Source: an uncultured Candidatus Saccharibacteria bacterium (GTDB lineage: Bacteria > Patescibacteriota > UBA1384 > CAILIB01 > JAUSJZ01). Taken from it: a DNA stretch of 64,000 nt. The position numbers were made by a program, and so were the translations under genes. The notes below the pieces were generated by a model. The model had not been told where the DNA came from and ran no database searches. It saw nothing but the letters and a program-made list of their open reading frames with translations. How positions within the stretch are numbered: position 1 is the first letter of the stretch; every line of letters starts with the position of its first letter. Shown here piece after piece: positions 19,136-27,586 of the stretch. The DNA is taken from assembly GCA_964421635.1 (NCBI GenBank), contig CAYQWZ010000004.1:15652-79651 (forward strand). Direction: 5' to 3'.

Positions 19136-20315
19136 AAGCTATTCAATCTTCGCTATTGGTTGTCAACAGAATTGGTATGACGCTGAGAAAATTGCGCACA
19201 CCCTAGATCTTTTGAAATTGTTCCCCGAAAATGTCGACACTGCCGACTTAGTTGTTGTTCTGGCTTGCGCCGTTAGACAAAAGTCTGTCGATAAACTTTA
19301 CGGATTCATTAATAAGTGGCGCAAAAGCAAAATTTCCCGCCATATAGTTTTGACCGCCTGCGTACTGCCCGAAGACAAACTGACTTTCAAAAGTAAAGTT
19401 GACGCCATTGTCGAAGATCAAAAAATCCATCAGTATTTAATTAACCTCATCTCCCCGCAGATTTCCCCGCAGAAAAAGTTCTCACCTGCTAATTTGCCAG
19501 CCAGCCACCACCCAGAAGGATTAAACCTAAAATTAAACGAAGACCACGCTTTCGTCCCTATTACTTTTGGCTGTAATAATTTCTGTACTTTCTGCGCGGT
19601 GCCCCACACGCGCGGTCGCGAGACAAGTCGGCCCAAGACTATAATTTTGGCCGAAATAAATAAGCAGTTAAAGCTAGGAATTAAAAAGATTACGCTGCTT
19701 GGCCAGAATGTGAACTCGTACAGATTGTCGGACTTCAACCCCCGCGACCTGCGCAAGAATAAAGATCGCAGCGGTGCCAAGTGGTCTAAGAGTAATCCTT
19801 CGCCATTCGTCGAACTGTTACGCGATATTGAAAAATTTGAAGAGCTCGAGAGTTTGTCATTTTTAAGTCCGAATCCTCAAGATATTGCCAGCGACTTAAT
19901 AGACTATATGGGCACCTCAAAAAAGTTTTCTCGCACGCTGAACCTGCCGTTGCAAAGTGGCAGCGATAAAGTTTTGAAGCAGATGAACCGCCGCTATACT
20001 ACCAAAGAATATTTGGCATTGGTCAAAAAGATTCGCGCTGCCGTACCCGACATCGCTATTTCCACCGATATTATTGTCGGCTTTCCGAATGAAACGAAGA
20101 AAGATTTTCAGGCCACAGTAGATATCTGCCAGAAAATTAAATTTAATAAAATTTTTATTGGCATATTTTCTGCGCGTCGTGGTACCACCGCCGCCAAAAT
20201 TTATAAAGACAATGTAGAGTTGAGAGAAAAGAAACGCCGCTTCAAAGTGCTGAATGAATTAGTGAATAATCAGAAGCTGATAGTCAACCCAGTTACAGGC
20301 GGACGGTTTGAATAA
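19116..20315 (+). CDS. miaB: MiaB-like radical SAM methylthiotransferase (no TRAM domain)
   Basis: GCQQN..D, CAVRQ, CNNFCTFC, LLGQNVNSY, LPLQSGS, DIIVGFP; start likely GTG at 19113 or 19116. Confidence 0.85.
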   Translation: MKPKRLKSYSIFAIGCQQNWYDAEKIAHTLDLLKLFPENVDTADLVVVLACAVRQKSVDKLYGFINKWRKSKISRHIVLTACVLPEDKLTFKSKVDAIVEDQKIHQYLINLISPQISPQKKFSPANLPASHHPEGLNLKLNEDHAFVPITFGCNNFCTFCAVPHTRGRETSRPKTIILAEINKQLKLGIKKITLLGQNVNSYRLSDFNPRDLRKNKDRSGAKWSKSNPSPFVELLRDIEKFEELESLSFLSPNPQDIASDLIDYMGTSKKFSRTLNLPLQSGSDKVLKQMNRRYTTKEYLALVKKIRAAVPDIAISTDIIVGFPNETKKDFQATVDICQKIKFNKIFIGIFSARRGTTAAKIYKDNVELREKKRRFKVLNELVNNQKLIVNPVTGGRFE

Positions 20316-20379
20316 ATAATAAATATATTACGACAAGATAATCTGTTTGTAATATACGATGATGTAGTTTTAAAGTACT

Positions 20380-20532
20380 ATGAAACTAATGACAAAACGC
20401 AAATCGCAAAAGAATTCTGATAATAAAGATGTGAAGCTTCCTAAGGTAGTGGAGTCTTTAATTATCCACGAAAAGCCAAAAAATGCTAAGAGTGTAGAAA
20501 AGATTCTTAACGAAATGCGTTACGGTTCTTAA
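20380..20532 (+). CDS. Putative antitoxin (50 aa, below ORF-track cutoff)
   Basis: Manually read ORF MKLMTKRKSQK...VEKILNEMRYGS ending 5 nt before the PIN gene. Confidence 0.5.
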   Translation: MKLMTKRKSQKNSDNKDVKLPKVVESLIIHEKPKNAKSVEKILNEMRYGS

Positions 20533-20537
20533 TTTGC

Positions 20538-20999
20538 ATGTCAAAATGCATTTTATTGGTAGACGCTAATGTTTTTTCTTCTTTGTTACACAAAGATGAC
20601 GCTTTGCATAGAAATGCCAAAGAAATCTTTGAAATAATATCAAAAAATAATAAGGTAAAAATTATTGTTCCACCCATAATACTATACGAAATTTGTACAG
20701 TAGCACTTAAAAAAGGAATCGATAAAAAGATAATCAAAGAAAAAACTCAGAGAATTATTGACTGGAATAAGGTTTCTATTGTTTCTTTATCTGAACTTTC
20801 TATATATAAACACATTAATAGAACTGCTAGGAATCATGTAAGAGAACCAGCTATTAAAACAAATGACCTAATTATTCTCAACACTGCACTAGAACTAGAT
20901 GCAGCTTTAGTGTCAACAGACAAAAAACTACTAAAAAGCGCTAAAAGACTAAAAGTGCCTTGTTGTAGAAATAGTGAAGATCTACTCGGTCTTCTTTGA
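20538..20999 (+). CDS. PIN-domain (VapC-like) ribonuclease toxin
   Basis: LLVDANV, ILYEI, NDLII, LVSTDKKL acidic PIN residues. Confidence 0.88.
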   Translation: MSKCILLVDANVFSSLLHKDDALHRNAKEIFEIISKNNKVKIIVPPIILYEICTVALKKGIDKKIIKEKTQRIIDWNKVSIVSLSELSIYKHINRTARNHVREPAIKTNDLIILNTALELDAALVSTDKKLLKSAKRLKVPCCRNSEDLLGLL

Positions 21000-21029
21000 A
21001 ACCGCATCACAATGCAAACAGTAATCACA
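20982..21029 (-). repeat. Diverged copy of the 3' end of the 22059..22817 nuclease gene
   Basis: Encodes CDYCLHCDAVSKKTE* versus CDYCLYRDAVSKTE* at 22059..22103. Confidence 0.85.
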
Positions 21030-21043
21030 TAATCTTTTCTTAA

Positions 21044-21136
21044 TCTAACATCCGCCACAATCACTACGGCGCTGGCAACGGCCCGAACAACAACGGTACC
21101 AGTCATGGTGCCTACACCGGTCGCGGCTCCAAGTAG
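21044..21136 (+). pseudogene. Orphan 3' fragment of a GC-rich gene
   Basis: SNIRHNHYGAGNGPNNNGTSHGAYTGRGSK* with mostly C-ending codons and no start (TAA directly upstream); followed by a 12-bp GCGA-capped hairpin at 21144-21171. Confidence 0.45.
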
Positions 21137-21190
21137 AGTACCCAGTCTGCTCTTCGCGAGAAGGGCAGACTATACTAGAATAAAAATAAC

Positions 21191-21508
21191 ATGACAAAAA
21201 AAAGAAAAGAAGGAAACGCTTATCTAATTCCACCCCGTGGCACTCGTAAAACAGTCGCTCGAATATTAGTACAGTTAACTGATGAAGCAGTAGATGATCA
21301 AAAGAAGTTGCAGCAACTATATGTACTGGCTGACAGATTACGCTATTTTCTAAATACTGACCAAGAAGATATTCATAATGGTTTAGGTACAGAAATTGCC
21401 TGCTGGATAGGCCTACTAATCACCACACACGAAATGGGTCTTGAATATCGAAAAAACCTTATTGAGATATTTCCTGAAGAGCTCGATATATTTGCAGACT
21501 CCAAGTGA
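21191..21508 (+). CDS. Hypothetical protein
   Basis: 105-aa ORF; GTGA overlap with the next gene. Confidence 0.6.
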   Translation: MTKKRKEGNAYLIPPRGTRKTVARILVQLTDEAVDDQKKLQQLYVLADRLRYFLNTDQEDIHNGLGTEIACWIGLLITTHEMGLEYRKNLIEIFPEELDIFADSK

Positions 21509-22056
21509 ACAAAGAAATTGAAGTAAAAATTGAATTAACCAAGAAAGAATTTAATTCTTTAGTTAAAAATTTTACTAACCCTGACTTAGAAAAAACCTAC
21601 GGTTATTTTAAAGATGATTTTTCAAATATTAAAGAAGGCATTTTCCCACGCATAAAAACTATTACGGGTGAAAATAACAAAATATTATTTGCTGTTAAAA
21701 GAAAAGTAGAAGATAATGATAATTTTTTCGAAAGGGAAGAGTTAGAAGTGACAGTTCAAGAAGAGAAAGAAAGTGTCGAGATGTTACGATTAATGCTTAA
21801 ATCTTTGGGTTTTACCAAAGAAATCATTTTTGAAAAGAAACGAAAAAATATAGTTAAAAAAGATATCGTCATCTCATACGATCATCTTCCCTTTGGTTAT
21901 TTTGTTGAATTTGAAGGTGCACCTAAAATCATTGAACAATATTTAAAAGAATATAAGTTAACTAAAAAACCACGCATCACTAAAGCATATTTAGCTCTTT
22001 GGTACGACTACAAAGAAAAGAATAATATATCTAAAGATAACTGCGAATTTAACTAA
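21505..22056 (+). CDS. CYTH domain protein (class IV adenylate cyclase-like)
   Basis: N-terminal EIEVK, EREELEV, FEKKR, D..PFGYFVEFEG. Confidence 0.85.
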   Translation: MNKEIEVKIELTKKEFNSLVKNFTNPDLEKTYGYFKDDFSNIKEGIFPRIKTITGENNKILFAVKRKVEDNDNFFEREELEVTVQEEKESVEMLRLMLKSLGFTKEIIFEKKRKNIVKKDIVISYDHLPFGYFVEFEGAPKIIEQYLKEYKLTKKPRITKAYLALWYDYKEKNNISKDNCEFN

Positions 22057-22058
22057 TA

Positions 22059-22817
22059 TTATTCGGTTTTTGAAACCGCATCGCGATACAAACAGTAATC
22101 GCACTCTTCGTTAGCTTTAGGCAGCTTCTTCGACTTCAAACATTTATGGGCAGCTATAATAGATTGCTCAACCCAAGCATCGTCACCCTTATGAGCTATC
22201 AAAGTGACATCGAACTCTAATTTAGCGTCAAAGGCCTTCTTATCAGTATTACCGTTGCAGTAAACAAAGTAGCCGGTATCTGAGACCGGCAAACCTTTCT
22301 GTCGCAACAGCCACTGATAAATCTCCATCTGCCGTTTGTATCCGTCATGCCAATCTTGGTCAAGGATAGTAATCTCATCGTTCTTACTCGTCGCTTTATA
22401 ATCTACGACTATGTACTCCCCCGCACTATTAATCCATAAATCATCAATGGCACCCGTAATGGTTAAGCCCGTCGGTTCGTGAACAATAGATACACCCTTG
22501 AAGTTCTCTCGCCATTCGTCTAGCTCTTCGTGGGCTACGGGCTTAGCGTCAATGCCATATTTTTCTTGTAGCGGATGCTGCTTGTCTTTCGCCCGATAAA
22601 GGTCAAACTCTTTTTTTAATAATGTGTCAACGGCTGTATTTAGGTTAAAAGGATATCCCTTTGGTCGCCCCAACCCCAAACGGTTGTCTAAATAAAAACA
22701 ACGCGGGCATTGTAAAAAGAGGTCGAGTTTAGATCGGCTAAGTTTAAACTGGTTCTTGGTAGTAGGATTAAAGTTCCAGTTGCTATTGCGCGGGATTTTG
22801 TAGTATTTAGACATCAC
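22059..22817 (-). CDS. PD-(D/E)XK nuclease, Cas4/RecB-like, with Cys cluster
   Basis: LSRSKL..F.QCPRCFY, GAIDD, VVDYK, QMEIYQW, C-terminal CDYC. Confidence 0.85.
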   Translation of the reverse strand: MMSKYYKIPRNSNWNFNPTTKNQFKLSRSKLDLFLQCPRCFYLDNRLGLGRPKGYPFNLNTAVDTLLKKEFDLYRAKDKQHPLQEKYGIDAKPVAHEELDEWRENFKGVSIVHEPTGLTITGAIDDLWINSAGEYIVVDYKATSKNDEITILDQDWHDGYKRQMEIYQWLLRQKGLPVSDTGYFVYCNGNTDKKAFDAKLEFDVTLIAHKGDDAWVEQSIIAAHKCLKSKKLPKANEECDYCLYRDAVSKTE

Positions 22818-23905
22818 AAATTATTTTTTATCAATTCAGGTAATTTAACGCGTAACAGATTTAAAAAGTCATCTGCTAATTTTTTACAATTAATATGCCA
22901 TCTGTCAGCTTCGTAAATGTAACTAATAGCCTTGCCTTCTGAATCAATACTTAAATCGTATGGTCCATCTGACTTTTTTCCAAAATTATGTACTAGATTG
23001 TGCCTAAATATTTTTACAATATCGTCTCTGATATTACCTTCGTCATCAACAATCTCATTGTAATTTTGATTTTTTTTGTTACGCTTACAATCTATTACAT
23101 CTTTGTCATATAGTTCCTTTAATGTTCTCTTTACGTTAAGGTTTGTATTACCATCGATACCAAACTTATCATTAAAGATTGATCCCCAAACATCAAATAA
23201 TGCTGCCAATAAAACAGCGTAAGAATTAGATGGTCCTTCGAAATTGCTCGTTGAATAATTGTACGAAAAAGTTTTGCTATAGATATTCTCGATATCTCTT
23301 ATTGTCCATGTATACAGCCTAACTAGTAAATCAATTTTTATTGTTTTTATTCTTTCAGGTTTTGGTTCCATTATTGAATTATAAACATGAATAAAATTAT
23401 CTTGAAGATCACTATTGTTTTCAAGCATTTTAACATAACCAGTGTTGTCATTGATCACTGAGTCTTCAATGTCTTGTGCCAGAGTAAAAATACTCACCCA
23501 TAGCTTCTTAATGCCATCGAACTCCTCAATAATTAAATGTTTTGATCTATCATTGTGAATATATGCCCAAGTATATTTTTGATGTCCACAGTATACTGTT
23601 GGCTGCATCATAGCCTGATGTACTAAGGGATGACGGAATATATTCTGTACTAAAAAGGCTACATTTTCTTTTTTATAACTCATTCTGTCTTCCATATATT
23701 TTCTGGCATTATATGAAACACTGTATTTACTGGTAGAACCCTTATATAAAGCGCCCAATAAGTCTATTGTGGAGAAACAGTATAATAAACCAGGAAAAGG
23801 AGCTATGCCATCATCTTTTAAGACACAGTGCCTAACGTCCTCAATTAATGAATTTATTCTGTCGTTAAGAAATATTCGGGCTTCGTTTGAATTAAATTCC
23901 TTCAT
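22814..23905 (-). CDS. Hypothetical protein with two tandem HEPN-like (Rx4H) domains
   Basis: IDLLG...FRHPLVH in the first half, FDVWG...FRHNLVH in the second. Confidence 0.55.
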   Translation of the reverse strand: MKEFNSNEARIFLNDRINSLIEDVRHCVLKDDGIAPFPGLLYCFSTIDLLGALYKGSTSKYSVSYNARKYMEDRMSYKKENVAFLVQNIFRHPLVHQAMMQPTVYCGHQKYTWAYIHNDRSKHLIIEEFDGIKKLWVSIFTLAQDIEDSVINDNTGYVKMLENNSDLQDNFIHVYNSIMEPKPERIKTIKIDLLVRLYTWTIRDIENIYSKTFSYNYSTSNFEGPSNSYAVLLAALFDVWGSIFNDKFGIDGNTNLNVKRTLKELYDKDVIDCKRNKKNQNYNEIVDDEGNIRDDIVKIFRHNLVHNFGKKSDGPYDLSIDSEGKAISYIYEADRWHINCKKLADDFLNLLRVKLPELIKNNL

Positions 23906-23915
23906 TTATTCAAGC

Positions 23916-26867
23916 CTACTCCTCGTTAGTTTTATCTAATTTTTCATACACCTCTTCAAACATTTTTTCTTTCACAAACTTACCAAATTCCGCATTTTCT
24001 ACAATCTTTTTGTATATATCAAAATTAGACTCAACCATAGTGTGCAATTGATCCTGAAAGATATGGGCAAAAACAAGCTTGAGAGCGTCTTTGTTATTTG
24101 TTTTGGCGCTTTGACTCAAGGTTTCGTTTCCTGTCAATCTCGTTTGTAGTTCGGCAAAGAATACTTTGTCACCTTCGGTGAAGTCAGTACCAAATCGTTC
24201 GTTCACTTCGTCAATTATGCGCGACAAAAATTCTTTTTCTTCGCCCATACCTTTACCTGTTCCCAGTCCCTCAATCGGCTTCAATTCACCGGTCTTTTTC
24301 TCCAGTTCAATATTGCCGCTGGATATTTGCTGGATGCGGTAAGTGTCCATATTCACATTGTCGGTAATTTCCACCGGCAATCTTTCTTTTTCGGCAGGTA
24401 ATTTACGCCCAAACATTCGCAAAAAGGCATAAAGTTTTTCTAAGTTCACATCCTTAAACGAGACAATCTGCGATAAGAAGGCATACATACGGACATAGTT
24501 TATTAATTGATCACGGAAATCAATTTTTTCTTTTTTTTCGCGCTTTAAATATTCTTCGACAATCGGGTCCAAAAGCGGATGTAGTTTTTCTTGCGTTGCT
24601 CCACGCTTGAAAAATACTTTGGCAAAGCTCTCCACATCATCTTTGGTAAAAATATCAAAATCAAGCAAGTTGCGCTCCAAATCATAAAGCTTGTTCGGGT
24701 CGGTTGCTTTGGTCAAAATCGCTTTGTCGTAATACGGCTGAAATGCTTTTTTTATTTCTTCTTCATAGTTGGCAAAATCCAAAACCAGCGTGTCCTCTTT
24801 ACCTTTGGTAGTGCGATTGAGCCGGCTCAAGGTCTGCACGGCCATCACACCACCTAATTTTTTATCAACATACATCGTATGAAGCAAAGGCTGATCGAAT
24901 CCGGTCTGGAATTTATTTGCTACTATCAAAATCTTAAATTCAGGTAATTTAAAGGTGTCGGCGGTGAGTTTATCGCTTCGCAAACCATTCATTCCGGCTT
25001 CGGTATATTCTTTTCCGCCGTCAGTTACCGTGCCGGAAAATGCCACCAAAGTTTTGATAGAATACTTGTGTTCTTTGATGAACTTGTCAAAAGCAAGTTT
25101 GTAGCGCACTGCGTGCAAACGCGAACGGGAGATAATCATCGCTTTGGCGTAGCCATCAATTTTGTGCGTAGTGTGCGACAGATAGTGTTCAATAATTAAT
25201 TCTGTTTTTTTACCAATAGCATGGTCATGCAACTCCACATATCCTTTTAAGAGCGCGATGCCCTTTTTCTTTTCATACTGCGGATCTTCTTCGGTTTTTT
25301 TGATCAAATTAAAGTAGGTCTGGAAGGTGGTGTAATTTTTTAAGACATCCAAAATAAAACCTTCTTCGATAGCTTGTCGCATTGAATACAAGTGAAAAGG
25401 TTCAAAAGTGCCATCGGCTTTTTTGGTACCGAAAAGTTGCATAGTTTTATCTTTCGGCGTAGCAGTAAAAGCAAAGAAGCTGATATTTTTTTGTCTGCCT
25501 CGGCTTGATAATTCCGCCAAAATCGCGTCTTCGCTCGTTAACTCTTCTTCGTTCTCATTCTCTGTTTCCGCTTCTTCCAGTGACCCAAGTGCTTTTTTTA
25601 AACTCTTGGTGCTCTCCCCAGATTGCGAAGAATGCGCCTCGTCAATAATCACGGCGAATTTTTTGCCTTCTTGTTTGATAAGTTCCTCCACGATGTAAGG
25701 AAATTTTTGCAAAGTGGAAACAATAATTCTTTTGCCAGATTCCAGCGCTTCTTTAAGTTGTTTTGAATGTTCGTCAATCGCCGCCACTACACCCTCCACT
25801 TGCGCGAATTGCCTGACTTCATCGCGAAGCTGTTTATCAATCACGCGTCGATCGGAAATAACAATCGCGGTATCAAAAATTTTCTGATCATTAGCATCGT
25901 GTAAACTGGAAAGTTTGTGAGCAAGCCATGAAATTGTTTTTGTCTTTCCACTTCCGGCGCTGTGCTGAATGAGATATTGCTGTCCGGCTCCGTGCTCTCG
26001 CGCGTGAGCCACCATTTTTCGCAGTGCATCCAACTGATGATAGCGCGGAAAAATAAGCGTCTCTTTTTCTTTTTGATTACCTTCCTCGTCCGTTGTCTTT
26101 TCAATAGATACGAGCATAAATTCGGCAATAATCTGAAGCAGGCTGTTTTTTTGCAAAACTTCTTCCCATAAATACGCGCTCTTGAACCCGCTCGGATTCA
26201 CCGGATTGCCAGCGCCGTTTTCAAAACCTTTGTTAAACGGCAAAAAGAATGTGGATTTGCCAGCCAAACGCGTGGTCATATACACGAGATCATTATCTAT
26301 GGCGAAATGCACCAAACAGCGCTTAAAGGCAAAAAGATCTTCGCGCGGGTCGCGGTCATAGCGATATTGTTTGATGGCGTCCTGTACATTTTGTCCGGTC
26401 AAATAGTTTTTGAGCTCCAGCGTAGAAATCGGCAAACCATTCAAGAAAATGACAGTATCAAGCGACTTGCCGTCTTTTTGGCTAAACTTCACCTGTCGCA
26501 TTATGGAAAAAATATTGTTCTGGTGGAGTTGGGCGTGTTCCGGATTCAAGGTGCTTTCGGGCGCAAAATACACCAATTGAAAACGCGAACCATAATCGGC
26601 AAAACCTTTGCGAAATACATCTAAAATCCCACGCGATTCAATTTCTGTTTTGAGACGATAAACAAATTTTGATTTTACTTCTTCGCCGTGCTGTTCTTTG
26701 AGTTTCTCCCATTCTTTTGGCTGGGTGGCGTAGATAAATTCAAAAAGCATTTCCTCGTCCATGCAGGATTCGGCATTGTAATTTTTTGGCTCACGTGCAC
26801 GATAGCCGGAAGCGGTCAAAACCGTTTCAATGTGCGCTTCAAATGACTTTTCTGATGTATCAATCAT
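23916..26867 (-). CDS. hsdR: Type I restriction enzyme R subunit
   Basis: NGLPISTLELKN nuclease motif, HSAGSGKT, IIDEAHSSQ, FTATPK, QTGFDQP, QTLSRLNR. Confidence 0.95.
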   Translation of the reverse strand: MIDTSEKSFEAHIETVLTASGYRAREPKNYNAESCMDEEMLFEFIYATQPKEWEKLKEQHGEEVKSKFVYRLKTEIESRGILDVFRKGFADYGSRFQLVYFAPESTLNPEHAQLHQNNIFSIMRQVKFSQKDGKSLDTVIFLNGLPISTLELKNYLTGQNVQDAIKQYRYDRDPREDLFAFKRCLVHFAIDNDLVYMTTRLAGKSTFFLPFNKGFENGAGNPVNPSGFKSAYLWEEVLQKNSLLQIIAEFMLVSIEKTTDEEGNQKEKETLIFPRYHQLDALRKMVAHAREHGAGQQYLIQHSAGSGKTKTISWLAHKLSSLHDANDQKIFDTAIVISDRRVIDKQLRDEVRQFAQVEGVVAAIDEHSKQLKEALESGKRIIVSTLQKFPYIVEELIKQEGKKFAVIIDEAHSSQSGESTKSLKKALGSLEEAETENENEEELTSEDAILAELSSRGRQKNISFFAFTATPKDKTMQLFGTKKADGTFEPFHLYSMRQAIEEGFILDVLKNYTTFQTYFNLIKKTEEDPQYEKKKGIALLKGYVELHDHAIGKKTELIIEHYLSHTTHKIDGYAKAMIISRSRLHAVRYKLAFDKFIKEHKYSIKTLVAFSGTVTDGGKEYTEAGMNGLRSDKLTADTFKLPEFKILIVANKFQTGFDQPLLHTMYVDKKLGGVMAVQTLSRLNRTTKGKEDTLVLDFANYEEEIKKAFQPYYDKAILTKATDPNKLYDLERNLLDFDIFTKDDVESFAKVFFKRGATQEKLHPLLDPIVEEYLKREKKEKIDFRDQLINYVRMYAFLSQIVSFKDVNLEKLYAFLRMFGRKLPAEKERLPVEITDNVNMDTYRIQQISSGNIELEKKTGELKPIEGLGTGKGMGEEKEFLSRIIDEVNERFGTDFTEGDKVFFAELQTRLTGNETLSQSAKTNNKDALKLVFAHIFQDQLHTMVESNFDIYKKIVENAEFGKFVKEKMFEEVYEKLDKTNEE

Positions 26868-26868
26868 A

Positions 26869-27216
26869 TTATTTTTTCGTTAAATATAGACAAACAATAT
26901 AAATTATTAAAGATGGTATCCCAACCGATAAAGCTAATGTCCAATTTTGTGTAGGGATAACTCCGACTGCAAAACCAAAACCCGCGGATGATATAAATTC
27001 AAAAAAAGTGATTAGCCAATAATTTTTTAGCTTTTCTTCCAAAATAACATTTCTTTTTTCAATTTCATATTTTTCCGTGCGTATCTTTTCTGCTTCATCC
27101 TGCGTCTTCTTCAAAGATGCTTCCAAATTATTTATTTTTTCGGACATCAATTTATATGCCGTCGTGGTTGACTGCTCTTTCTTTGTCAGCGTGTTTTGTG
27201 ATTTATTCTTCGCCAT
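26869..27216 (-). CDS. Coiled-coil plus 2-TM hypothetical protein
   Basis: Heptad-rich N-terminus and two C-terminal hydrophobic helices; 1-nt gaps to both neighbours. Confidence 0.7.
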   Translation of the reverse strand: MAKNKSQNTLTKKEQSTTTAYKLMSEKINNLEASLKKTQDEAEKIRTEKYEIEKRNVILEEKLKNYWLITFFEFISSAGFGFAVGVIPTQNWTLALSVGIPSLIIYIVCLYLTKK

Positions 27217-27217
27217 A

Positions 27218-27586
27218 TCAGTTAAAAAGTTCAGTTAATGATATTGGCGACCAACCAAATGATTTTATTGGTTTAATGTTCGGTATTTGTGGAATAGCTG
27301 GAATTGGCGGTATTTGTGGAATAGCTGGAATTGGCGGTATTTGTGGAATAGGAAAAATCGGTGAAGGAAAATCGTTTGAATGCTGTGAGAAACCCGCAGT
27401 ATTGCCGTACAAATCCCTAATCACATATCCTTCAATCCAACCGCAATGCCTACCTCTATAATTGTAAATATATTGGTTGTCTTTTACATATCCAAGATTG
27501 TGTCCGTGGCGATTAAAAAATCTGCCTTGCCCATCAAGGATTATTTGCGCTGTTCCGTATCGATCAAAAAACCAAATGTTATTCAT
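27218..27586 (-). CDS. 4-fold beta-flower-like protein with Pro-Ile repeats
   Basis: Repeats FDRYG / FNRHGHNLG / YNYRGRHCGW / RDLYG, then (PQIPPIPAI)n and FGWS. Confidence 0.65.
   Translation of the reverse strand: MNNIWFFDRYGTAQIILDGQGRFFNRHGHNLGYVKDNQYIYNYRGRHCGWIEGYVIRDLYGNTAGFSQHSNDFPSPIFPIPQIPPIPAIPQIPPIPAIPQIPNIKPIKSFGWSPISLTELFN
27281..27351. repeat. 27-bp tandem repeat, about 2.6 copies
   Basis: cggtatttgtggaatagctggaattgg twice plus a 17-bp partial copy. Confidence 0.9.

Noticed and set aside
21045-21233. Cys-rich 62-aa minus-strand ORF as a RiPP precursor
   Set aside because: No SD or modifying enzymes; codon bias favours the + strand relic frame.
22059-22817. CRISPR-Cas locus suggested by the Cas4-like nuclease and the dual-HEPN protein (Cas13-like)
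   Set aside because: No repeat-spacer array or cas1/cas2 in the window; 363 aa is far smaller than Cas13.
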